Assembly (NCBI RefSeq): GCF_000284455.1
Contig: NC_017039.1
Location: 510,001 to 542,000 of the forward strand
DNA: 32,000 nt
Direction: 5' to 3'
Source of the DNA: Synechocystis sp. PCC 6803 substr. PCC-P
GTDB taxonomy: Bacteria; Cyanobacteriota; Cyanobacteriia; Cyanobacteriales; Microcystaceae
In this document: positions 8,389-17,400 of the stretch, piece by piece
Numbering within the stretch: position 1 is the first letter of the stretch
Layout: the number at the start of each line of letters is the position of its first letter
Made by a program: the position numbers and the translations under genes
The notes under the pieces: model-generated
The model's database searches: none
The model's input: only the letters and a program-made list of their open reading frames with translations
Told to the model about the DNA's origin: nothing

Positions 8389-10389
8389 TTATAGTTGTTT
8401 AGGAATGACCAAAGATACCGTTGTGCCCTGTCCTAGCTCACTTTTGATCTCGATTCTGCCCCCATAAAAGGTTATCAACTTTCTGGCGATCGTCAAACCA
8501 ATACCAATGCCGGCAATATGGCCCACGTTGGACCCCCGCTGAAATGGCTCAAAAATTTTCTCTAACTCTGTCTCCGGAATACCTATGCCATAATCTTGAA
8601 TTTCAAAGATTATTTCTTCGGGAGATTCCAACAGCAGTAAATCAATAGTAAGAATAGTAGGGGAATATTTAATGCCATTGGCTAGTAAATGGGTCAAAAC
8701 CGGTTTCAATAAAACAGGATCGAATTTGACTGCCAACCGGGTCTTAGAACTTAAACAGGCACAAAAATTAATTTTATAGGGATAACTAAGATATTCAGTT
8801 TTATCAATTATATCCTGGCAAAAATCAATTAAACTACCCTTAACCAACACTGGTTCGATTTCTTCTTGGTTAAGATTAATAGTAATAATATCGCCAATTA
8901 ATTCATCAATTTGCTTCGCTCCCCTAAGAATTGACTCTATATATTGAACTCGTTTTTCATCGGTTAGTTTTGCTTCAAATTTTCCCATAATTGAAGCCGC
9001 ACAGGAAATGGTCGTTAAGGGGGTGCGAAATTGATGGGAAATGGCCGTAATAAATTCGGAACGCAATTGATTCAGCTCTTTTTCCCGCTGTAACGCCAAG
9101 GAGGTGCTCCTTTCCATGGCTTTGCGATCGCCAATGTCTTGAACCATCACCACACAAAAATCAAGACTGCCATCTAGCCTACGATGGGCTTGTACCCCAA
9201 GATTTACATAAATATTATGGCCATCTTTGTGGATATAACGTTTATCAATTTCATAACCATCTATTTCACCATCCAATAGGCGTTGATAATTACTTAGATC
9301 TAGCTCTAGGTCATCGGGATGGGTAATTTCTGCCCAGGTTTTTATTCGCAACTCTTCAGGGGAATAGCCCACTATTTGGCAAAGCTTTGGATTAACATTA
9401 ATCCATGTTTTATCAGTGGATACTATGGCTAAACCAATGATGGATTGATCAAAATAAAGTCTTAGTAATTGTTGTTGCTCATAAACTTCCTTCGTTCTCA
9501 GTTTAACCCTCTCTTCTAGTTCCTGATTAATCTGCCTAATTTCATCCCTAGATTTAGTAATTTCTTGTTCATATTTGACTCGTTTACTAATATCTTTAAC
9601 ATGGGAAATAAAATATAATGGCTCTCCATTAATTCCCCGCACTAAAGAAGTAGAAACTTCACCATAAATAATATGACCTTGACGATGAATATATCTTTTT
9701 TCTAGGGTGGCGTGGTCTTGATGTTCAGTAATGGCGTTTTGTATAAATGTGGGGCTAACTTGCTTATCCTCTGGTACTGCTAAGTCGTTAACTGTCATCT
9801 TTTCTAACTCTTGACGACTGTAGCCGAATATTTTTCCCATTTTGTCATTAACTTTGATCAAATGACCCTCTAAATCCACCATACACATACCAACATTGGC
9901 ATTCTCAAATGCGAGGCGAAATTTTTGCTCACTTTGTTGCAAATGATGATTTGATTCGATTAATTGTTGTTCAGTCTGTTTTTCCGACGTAATATCCAGC
10001 ACTACCCCAAACCAAGCCGTATCTTGATTAGCCAATTTTTCTGGTTGAGACTTGGTACGCAGCCACTTTAATTTCCCCGATGGGGTAATAATGCGCCATT
10101 CCAAACATAATGGCTCCAGGGTGGCTCGACTGTGGGCTAGGGCCTGCCTTTGCAAGATTTGGTCATCGGGGTGAATTTGTTTGAGTAAAATTTCAGCATC
10201 AGCCAACACAGCGGCCGCAGTTACTTCATGGAGAAGTTCAATTTGCGGACTAATATAGGTAAAAGCAATGGAATCATCGCTATGCTGGACAAATCGGTAC
10301 AGCCAGCCGGGAATTACACCTTCTAGTTTCTGCAAAAATCTTTCTGGTTCAGAACCGAGCAAGAAAACAGACATAGCCTTAACGCCCAA
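8389..10389 (-). CDS. hik13: Multi-PAS sensor histidine kinase
   Basis: 666 aa with three PAS/PAC-like segments. Kinase motifs are the H-box ISHQFRTPLTTI, the N-box LLANGIKYS, and the G-boxes DYGIGIP and GIGIGLTIARKL. The ORF-track start at 10389 is TTG. An ATG six codons downstream (10372-10374, MSVFLLGS) is the more likely start. The symbol is recalled from Synechocystis nomenclature. Confidence 0.85.
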   Translation of the reverse strand: MGVKAMSVFLLGSEPERFLQKLEGVIPGWLYRFVQHSDDSIAFTYISPQIELLHEVTAAAVLADAEILLKQIHPDDQILQRQALAHSRATLEPLCLEWRIITPSGKLKWLRTKSQPEKLANQDTAWFGVVLDITSEKQTEQQLIESNHHLQQSEQKFRLAFENANVGMCMVDLEGHLIKVNDKMGKIFGYSRQELEKMTVNDLAVPEDKQVSPTFIQNAITEHQDHATLEKRYIHRQGHIIYGEVSTSLVRGINGEPLYFISHVKDISKRVKYEQEITKSRDEIRQINQELEERVKLRTKEVYEQQQLLRLYFDQSIIGLAIVSTDKTWINVNPKLCQIVGYSPEELRIKTWAEITHPDDLELDLSNYQRLLDGEIDGYEIDKRYIHKDGHNIYVNLGVQAHRRLDGSLDFCVVMVQDIGDRKAMERSTSLALQREKELNQLRSEFITAISHQFRTPLTTISCAASIMGKFEAKLTDEKRVQYIESILRGAKQIDELIGDIITINLNQEEIEPVLVKGSLIDFCQDIIDKTEYLSYPYKINFCACLSSKTRLAVKFDPVLLKPVLTHLLANGIKYSPTILTIDLLLLESPEEIIFEIQDYGIGIPETELEKIFEPFQRGSNVGHIAGIGIGLTIARKLITFYGGRIEIKSELGQGTTVSLVIPKQL

Positions 10390-10783
10390 ATTTGAGACAG
10401 AGTTTGCAAAGCGCAGAAATAGTTTTCTCCGGGGTAGTAAAAATAACTTTAGGGCTAGTTAGGGCAAATTCCGAGTCAGCTTCATGCGCACAAAACAGTT
10501 GCTATGCTTATTTTGTAAGAATTTTTCTGTCCTACTCAGATACCGCAACCGCTGGAATAGGTTTTTAAATCATACTCCTAAAAAACTGGATTTTTCAGAC
10601 AAAAAAGTTTCGATGCCTGAATCGTGTTCTTACTTGAGTATAATTTTTGGGCAAAAATTAAAGCCAAATACTTTTTCCTGATTCATAAAACTTTATCTTT
10701 CACGGCCTACTATCTCCAATGACTTACTATATCGCAACTTTGATAACTTTGCACCCTGGCTAGCCACCACCAATTTTTGTGGA

Positions 10784-10969
10784 TTATCCAAACTTCTCTA
10801 AATACACTTCTAGGTCGGCCGTCTCGGTGAAATCCAATAGTGCTTCCCCCAAATCCTCTAACTCGGCGATCGATAGTTTCTGAACTTGTTGCACTTGAAC
10901 TGCGGGCAATCCACCTAAGCGACGGTTTAACAGACGCAACACTAGGATTAAGGCTTCACTTTGACGACC
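10784..10969 (-). pseudogene. Orphan 3' fragment of a DUF4351-type (Rpn/YhgA-like putative transposase/nuclease) gene
   Basis: I translated the minus strand by hand: GRQSEALILVLRLLNRRLGGLPAVQVQQVQKLSIAELEDLGEALLDFTETADLEVYLEKFG, then a stop (tta at 10784-10786). This matches the characteristic C-terminal DUF4351 pattern (..LL.RRLG.LP......I..LS...LE.LGEALLDF....DL..WL). There is no Met. An in-frame stop sits at the IS junction. Only about 60 bp of non-IS sequence lies upstream before ycf22. Confidence 0.55.
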
Positions 10970-10972
10970 TTA

Positions 10973-11522
10973 GAAAATGTTTGAAAAGTTTTAAGCAAGC
11001 TTTTGAACCATGAGACTAATCATGGCGACATAGAGCATTGTCTCACTAGTGGTAGGTAAATTTCATAATTCTTTCTTAAACGACGATAGCGACCAAACCA
11101 AGCAAAGGTGCGCTCGACTACCCAACGGCGGGGTAGGACTTCAAAGCCTTTGTGTCCCTGCTTTTTGCTGACCACATTCAAAGTCCAACCAAAAGTATTC
11201 TCCACCCAGAAAATAAAATCCTTGTACCATCTTCGTGCCATGGCTGAAAATAACCATAGAGCGTTCGCCATTTAGGAAAATCATGGGGCAGAAGTCGCCA
11301 GGCACACCCCGTTCTGGGCATGTAAAAAATAGCATTGAGTATCTCCCTCAGACTAGTTTTCCGTTTTCTTCCCCCAGTTTTTGCTTTGGGTAAATGAGGT
11401 TCTACCAATTGCCACTGGCTATCAGTGATGTCGCTGCTGTAAAATTCTCTCGGTATCATTATGGTGAAAATTCTATATTCTTCACCATTTTTCCCAATTA
11501 TGCCTACTTTTCAAACGCGCTC
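10973..11522 (-). mobile_element. 550-bp internally deleted IS5-family (IS1031/IS427-like) element with imperfect terminal inverted repeats and a TTA target duplication
   Basis: The left end is gaaaatgtttgaaaagt (10973-10989). The reverse complement of the right end is gagcgcgtttgaaaagt (11506-11522). They match at 13 of 17 positions. The element is flanked by tta at 10970-10972 and 11523-11525. It carries the transposase remnants described in the next feature. Confidence 0.7.
10991..11459 (-). pseudogene. Degenerate IS5-family transposase (DUF4096 N-terminus plus C-terminal tail; DDE core missing; frameshifted)
   Basis: - orfA (11178-11459) has the typical N-terminus ...ITDSQWQLVEPHLP...[34 protein letters not shown].
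- orfB (11020-11271) has the typical tail [28 protein letters not shown].
- The canonical end [23 protein letters not shown]-stop (stop at 10991-10993) is reached only after a 1-nt frame change in the run gaaattt.
- The total coding capacity is about 150 aa. I would expect roughly 250 aa for this family, so the catalytic core has been deleted. Confidence 0.7.
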
Positions 11523-11584
11523 TTAAGTTTTCTTTTGCGTAAGTCCTGATAGAAAAAGCTGGAAAATTTCCCATTTAATTATCA

Positions 11585-12955
11585 TTATTTACCCTGATTT
11601 TCCTTGGGCTGGGGTGGTTTAATCTTAGGAGTTTGAATTTGGGGACTTGGTGAGCCGGAAGCGGGGACGGGGTTAATAACTCCCCATTGTTCATAGTACA
11701 AAGCTAATTGCTGTTGATGATCAAGCTGAAAGCGTAATTGTTGGCCACTGCGTTCCAGGGTGTGGGCAGTGTAAACTCGGTCTTGGAGATTTTCCGTGGA
11801 GGAAACCAATTGCCCCAGGCCATCCACCAGTTTTCTTAGGTTGTTACGAAAGGCCGGATCGCCCGTTAATTGCTCCACATCGCTGGTGATTTTTTGGGCA
11901 TTTTCAAAGGTAAGTCGGGCCGCATCCAAGGTCTGCTGTAGGGTAAGCATCAAGGTAGGGTCATTGAGGTCGTTGGAAATTTGCCGGATATTGTTGCTGG
12001 TGACGGCAGCATTTTCCATCAGTAGGGCGAGGTCATTGGTTACCTTTTGGGTATCGATCGCCGCTAGGCCGTGGTTGATAGTACCGACGGCGGTCTGGAT
12101 TTCTTGACCAATGGCTTGGAGATCCCGGTTAGTAGTTTCAATACTTTTCAGGGTGAGATTGAATTGGGCCCGGTTTTCCCCCACCAGTTGGTTGAGGTTA
12201 ACCATTAATAGGGAAGCTTCTTCGATGGTGCGGTTAATGTAGCCTTGGTTGGTCTGCACCACCTGGTCAACTCGACTGGTCAGCAAGGAAGCATTATCGG
12301 CGGCCTTGGCGATCGCCTCGGAAGTGCGCTCAAAACCCCGCACCTGTTGATTGGCAGTTTTGCTGAGGGCAGTGATTTCGGCGCTCATGGCGGCAATGCG
12401 GGCGGCGGCCAGGTTGGCACTTTTCACGGTGGCATTAATGTCGGCCACAAACTCCGGTTCGCTATAGGCTTGGGCTAAACGGGCCATACTGTTGGTTAAT
12501 TGGGTCCCGGCTTGGCCCTCCAACTCGTCCCCATCGCAGAGAATTTTATCGCTTTCGGCACAGTCCGCACTGAGGGGATCGATGGCCAAAGCGGCCTCCG
12601 ACAATTGGCGATCGGGAATCATATCAATGGCCGCTTCCCCCAATAAACCGTAGCGACTGATTTCCACCTGCACATCGGCGGGGATACGCAATTGGGTAGA
12701 ACTAATTTCCAGCTGGGCCAAAATGCCGTTACTACCTGGTATTAATTTAGCCACCCGACCCACTGGTACACCCCGGTAACGCACGGCGCCTCCCACCTGG
12801 AGCCCACTGGCGTCGTCAAATTGTACTAACACTTCATAGCCTGGATTGCCAAAAGCTCCCCCCCGTAACCATAGGACGATGCCACCAATGATAAATAGTC
12901 CCAACAGGGCAAACAGACCAACGGATCCTTCTTTGATGGTGCGGGGTCTGAGCAT
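11585..12955 (-). CDS. ycf22: MCE/MlaD-domain protein (Ycf22 / TGD2-like substrate-binding component of a Mla/TGD-type lipid ABC transporter)
   Basis: N-terminal TM segment (GLFALLGLFIIGGIVLWL), then an MlaD domain (YEVLVQFDDASGLQVGGAVRYRGVPVGRVAKL), then a long helical C-terminal extension. The ORF-track start at 13006 is TTG. I use the first ATG (12953-12955, MLRPRTIKEG) as the start. Confidence 0.8.
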   Translation of the reverse strand: MLRPRTIKEGSVGLFALLGLFIIGGIVLWLRGGAFGNPGYEVLVQFDDASGLQVGGAVRYRGVPVGRVAKLIPGSNGILAQLEISSTQLRIPADVQVEISRYGLLGEAAIDMIPDRQLSEAALAIDPLSADCAESDKILCDGDELEGQAGTQLTNSMARLAQAYSEPEFVADINATVKSANLAAARIAAMSAEITALSKTANQQVRGFERTSEAIAKAADNASLLTSRVDQVVQTNQGYINRTIEEASLLMVNLNQLVGENRAQFNLTLKSIETTNRDLQAIGQEIQTAVGTINHGLAAIDTQKVTNDLALLMENAAVTSNNIRQISNDLNDPTLMLTLQQTLDAARLTFENAQKITSDVEQLTGDPAFRNNLRKLVDGLGQLVSSTENLQDRVYTAHTLERSGQQLRFQLDHQQQLALYYEQWGVINPVPASGSPSPQIQTPKIKPPQPKENQGK

Positions 12956-13117
12956 ACGCAATGTCTCAATAGGGCCGAAAAATAAAGCGATTCGCCTAGG
13001 GGGCAAGGAGTTCCTTGCGGGAGGAAACGTTCAAAAAGTTAGGCTATTCCAGCATCGCCTCTTGTTCTAGGAAACGGCCAGGGGCCAATGGGTTCCCCCA
13101 TCTTAGCGTCGTAGTGG

Positions 13118-13900
13118 TTAATCCAAAATGCGAATGGGACCTTCCACTTTGGCTTCAAAGAATTGCCGTACCAAGGGGTTATCGGTCTGGTCAATGGCGC
13201 TAACTGGCCCCTGCCATTGGATTTTGCCATCGTAAAGCAACACCACCCGATCCGCTGTCCGGCGAATAGTGCTTTCCTGGTGGCTCACCATAATATAGGT
13301 GCCGCATCCCCCCGGAGACTTTTGTAACCTCCGCACCAAATCTTCAATGACCGTGGAGGCGATCGGGTCTAAACCAGCGGTGGGTTCATCGTATAAAATC
13401 ACTTCCGGATTGTCCTCTGGTTGATGGGGATTGGACATGATTGCCCGGGCAAAGCTAACCCTTTTACGCATCCCCCCCGATAGCTGGGCTGGATAGTAGT
13501 CTTCGATGCCGGTTAATCCCACCAAAGCGAGTTTGTCGGCCACCTGCTCCCGAATCACTTCTCTGGATAGGGAGGAATGTTCCAACAAGAAAAAGCCGAC
13601 ATTTTCCGCCACTGTCAGGGAATCAAACAGGGCTGATTGTTGGAATACGAGGGCAATGCGGATGCGCTCATTGTCGTCCTCCACTAAGCCCCGGCGGGGT
13701 TGGGTTTTGATCAGCACTTCCCCACTGTCCGGTGGCAATAGTCCGGCGATGATCCTTAAAATGGTTGATTTTCCGGTGCCAGATGGGCCAATCACCACCA
13801 ATGCTTCCCCCGGATAGAGGTCTAAATCCACACTGTCCAAAATTTGGCGATCGCCAAAGGATTTACTAATACCCCGGAGTTGAATAAGGGGTTCCGTCAT
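13118..13900 (-). CDS. ABC transporter ATP-binding protein, MlaF/TGD3-like
   Basis: Walker A GPSGTGKST, signature LSGGMRKRV, Walker B VILYDEPTAGLD, and H-loop VSHQ. The ORF-track start at 13918 is TTG. The ATG at 13898-13900 (MTEPLIQLRGISKSF) is more plausible. It lies directly upstream of ycf22 on the same strand. Confidence 0.9.
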   Translation of the reverse strand: MTEPLIQLRGISKSFGDRQILDSVDLDLYPGEALVVIGPSGTGKSTILRIIAGLLPPDSGEVLIKTQPRRGLVEDDNERIRIALVFQQSALFDSLTVAENVGFFLLEHSSLSREVIREQVADKLALVGLTGIEDYYPAQLSGGMRKRVSFARAIMSNPHQPEDNPEVILYDEPTAGLDPIASTVIEDLVRRLQKSPGGCGTYIMVSHQESTIRRTADRVVLLYDGKIQWQGPVSAIDQTDNPLVRQFFEAKVEGPIRILD

Positions 13901-13922
13901 GTTGGATAGTCCCGCCAAAGCC

Positions 13923-14216
13923 TTAGTCTACCCGCTCCAACTGCCAGAGGATTTGGTTCCCTTCCCTTCTCACCCTGGAAACGACCCAGTTACGCCATGA
14001 CCAATGATCCCCCCGACTGGTGACGGCACTGGGGTTAATATCCATCAAGTCAGCCAACTCCGAACTGGTAATTAAATACCCCTGCTTGGCAATTTCTTCG
14101 GCGGCCCGGAGGGTTTCTACCAAGTTACGCACCTGGAGAATCCGTTCTTCCCTCGATAACAGATACTCTTCCACATTATTGACAATATTTTCCATAGCCG
14201 TGCCTGTAAATAACAC
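13923..14216 (-). CDS. Small hypothetical protein with a helix-turn-helix-like segment
   Basis: ORF of 97 aa from the GTG start, or 90 aa from the ATG at 14193-14195. The segment LITSSELADLMDINPSAVTSRG resembles an HTH. It ends about 5-22 nt before the ABC ATPase start, depending on which ATPase start is used, so it is probably co-transcribed. I do not recognise a family. Confidence 0.5.
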   Translation of the reverse strand: MLFTGTAMENIVNNVEEYLLSREERILQVRNLVETLRAAEEIAKQGYLITSSELADLMDINPSAVTSRGDHWSWRNWVVSRVRREGNQILWQLERVD

Positions 14217-14447
14217 TCCAAGAGTGATCTAGAACCATATCTGGGGGAATTTTCCCTTCCACATCTTAACTAGTTTCCCGAAAACGGATGCTCAAATAAA
14301 ACACTTTTTGCTTTTCTGAGTTAAATTTAGCCGTCTAGGAAGCAAAGAACTATCTGAAGTACTAAAATAATTCGTTCTTTTCCATGCCTAATTCCACCTG
14401 GGGGACCGCTATAATGGACTGGCCAAAAAGTCCCTTCCCTGGGCTTT

Positions 14448-17400
14448 GTGGTGGAAATATTGTTAATTTCACCCCTGATAGCCGTGTTGAACCCCAGTTT
14501 ACGCCTCTTTTGCCTAGCTTTACTGGCTTGTTCGTCTAGTTTTTCTGGCAATGTTCTGGCCCAAAACATTACCCCAGCTCCGGACGGCACTGGCACCACT
14601 GTCGATGCCCAGGGCAATCAATTCAACATTGGTGGGGGGAGTTTGTCAGGGGATGGACAAAATTTATTCCACAGTTTGCAACAGTTTGGGCTAGACCAAG
14701 GACAAATTGCCAATTTCCTTTCCAACCCTGATATTCGTAACATTCTCACCCGAATTGTGGGGGGAGATGCGTCCATTATTAACGGTCTCATCCAAGTAAG
14801 CGGGGGCAATGCCAATCTCTTTTTGATGAACCCAGCGGGCATGATTTTTGGTCCCAATGCCAGCATCAATGTGCCCGGGGATTTTGTGGTCACCACTGGT
14901 TCGGCGATCGGCTTTGGCAATGACCAATGGTTCCAGGTTTTTTCCGACAATGATTACAATGCCCTGATAGGCAATCCCAGCCAATTTGCTTTTGATTTGG
15001 CTAACCCCGGTTTAATTATTAATGCGGGGGATTTGTCGGTAACGGAGGGCAAAAACCTCACTTTTTTGGCAGGAAATATCGTTAACACCGGTTCCTTGGC
15101 CGCCCCTGGAGGCAATATCACGGTGGCCGCCGTGCCAGGGCAGAATCGTATTCGTATTTCCCAAGCTGGCAGTTTACTGAGTTTGGAGGTGGAGGTTTCT
15201 CCCCAAATGAATCAGGGCGGCTCCTTTTCCGTGTTGGATTTACCGACCCTGTTAACCCAAGGAGCGAGCAATCTTGATTTGGGGTTAGCGGTGCAGCCCA
15301 ATGGCAGTGTTACGACCAACGGGACTAACGCTTTGGTTTCTCCGTTACCAGGTTCTGTCACCATATCGGGCAATGTTGATGCCAGTGGTAAAAGCACTAA
15401 TATTTCCTCCGGTGGCCAAGTGGCGATCGCCGGCGATCAAATAGCAGTACAAGGCGCTACCGTTGATGTTTCAGGCAATGGTGGTGGCGGCACAGTGCGC
15501 ATTGGTGGCGATTTTCAGGGCCAGCTCACTTTGCCCAATGCATCCCAAACCCTGATTGATAGTAATTCAGTAGTCAAAGCTGATGCCCTACTGACAGGAA
15601 ATGGGGGAACCGTTATCGTTTGGGCCGATGACTCTACCCGCTTTAGTGGGAATATTTCAGCCCAAGGTGGAACCATGGGGGGAAACGGCGGCTTTGTGGA
15701 AACCTCCGGCGCCAAAAGTTTGATGGTTGACGATACCGCCAGGGTTAATACTTTCGCCACCATGGGAGAACTTGGTACTTGGTTGTTAGATCCTCTAGAA
15801 ATAATTGTCGGAACCACCGATGATCTACTTGCCGATCCAAAGCTTGTTTCGGTACTTACAATCACAACCAGCTTGGACAACGGTAACGTTATTCTTCAAG
15901 CAGATCAATCCATTGCCGTTCAGGCAAATTTTAGTGCTGATCCCTCTGCCCCCGGTAATCTCACTTTCGATTCTCCTACAATCACTATCGATGCTCTTTT
16001 TTCCTTGGGAACTGGCTCAATTATTTTTGCTAACACAGGTCCCATTAACACTGGCAATACATTAGTTACTTCTCCTTTCACCAATTTAGATTTTGACAAT
16101 AAAATTCAACTCAATGCCAACACAACATTTACTGCTCCGGGATACGACATTTATTTCCGTAAATCTGTCAACGGCGGGTTTGATTTATTAGGCAACGCCA
16201 ACTTTGTTTATTTTGATGACGGAGCTGGTATCACTACCCCACTGAAAAGTTTCGGTGTCACAGCTACGGAAATCTATGTAGGTAATGACATCGTTACCCA
16301 GGGAAATCAAATTTTCGACGGGGTGTTCTATGGATTACAACCAGTTAATTTGACGAGTAGCGCAGGCTCAGTAATTTTCACCAACAATATTCTGCTTAAT
16401 GGAAGTCTTCAAGTTCAGACTGCCCAAAATATCGTCAGTCAACCTTCTTCTTCCCTGAGTGCAGTGGAAATAGCATCCGACGTATTACTTAATGCTGGAC
16501 AAAATGTTTCGTTCGGGAATATCAATACCCGGGGGGGCAATGTTGATATACAAGCTTTGGGCAATATTTCCACTGGATCAATAGTTACCTCTCCATTTGG
16601 TGGAAATGCAGGCAATGTAATTCTCAATGCGGGTGGGACTCTCACCACCGGCTACATAGAAACGTCTGGGACGAATGGCGGTGATGTTACCACATCTTCC
16701 GGTAGTAATACTAGTACTGCTTATATTGATACCCGGGGATTTGGAGATGGCCTAGAGATAGATAGTTTGGGGGGAGCTGTTTCTATCGAAAGCAAGGGAG
16801 ACATTACCACCGCCTTTATTGATACCGGAGCTTACTCAATTGAATCCTTCAATGAAGGTACGGGAGGAAATGTTTTCCTCACAGCAGATGGCAGTATCAC
16901 AACGAATTACATATTCACCGCTGGAAAAAATGGTGGTGATATTTTCTTTCAAGCTGGTGAAAGCATAGAAATCATCGATTATTTAAATACCTATGGAAGT
17001 CAAACTAGTGGAGATGTATATGTTGAGGCTCCACTGGATATTTCAATTGGTTCCTACATATACACTGGAGGGGGTGGGGAGCCAGGCAATGTATTCCTGC
17101 AAGCAGGGGGAGATATTACCACTAGCTACATAGATACGTCGGCAGCCAATGGCGGTGATATTTTTATTCAGTCGGGGGGAGACACCGAAGTTGGTTATCT
17201 ATTCACTAAAGGGTATGAAGGTAGGGGAGGAGATGTTTATGTTGAAACTGGCCGTTATTTTCGGGCGATCGATGGCTTTTTACTTGGTGAAGAAGGACCT
17301 TTTAGTGTCTACACCGCCGGCCTCACCGTTGGTGGTTCTGTGTACATTCAATTTGGTGGAAGTGAACCTTTCATCATCGGCAATCCAATTACCAATGGAA

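Noticed and set aside
6572-8467. ORFs overlapping mazG and the glycosyltransferase in other frames or strands (6572-6859, 6674-7024, 7118-7300, 7280-7570, 7943-8467, 8025-8234).
   Set aside because: They are embedded in, or antisense to, genes with clear family motifs. Their Arg/Pro/Ser-rich compositions are typical of out-of-frame translation.
10484-10681. A 65-aa plus-strand ORF in the region upstream of the PAS kinase. A TATAAT hexamer lies at about 10638-10643.
   Set aside because: The ORF has no motifs and lies in AT-rich intergenic DNA. An isolated TATAAT with no convincing -35 element and no downstream gene is insufficient to call a promoter or an sRNA.
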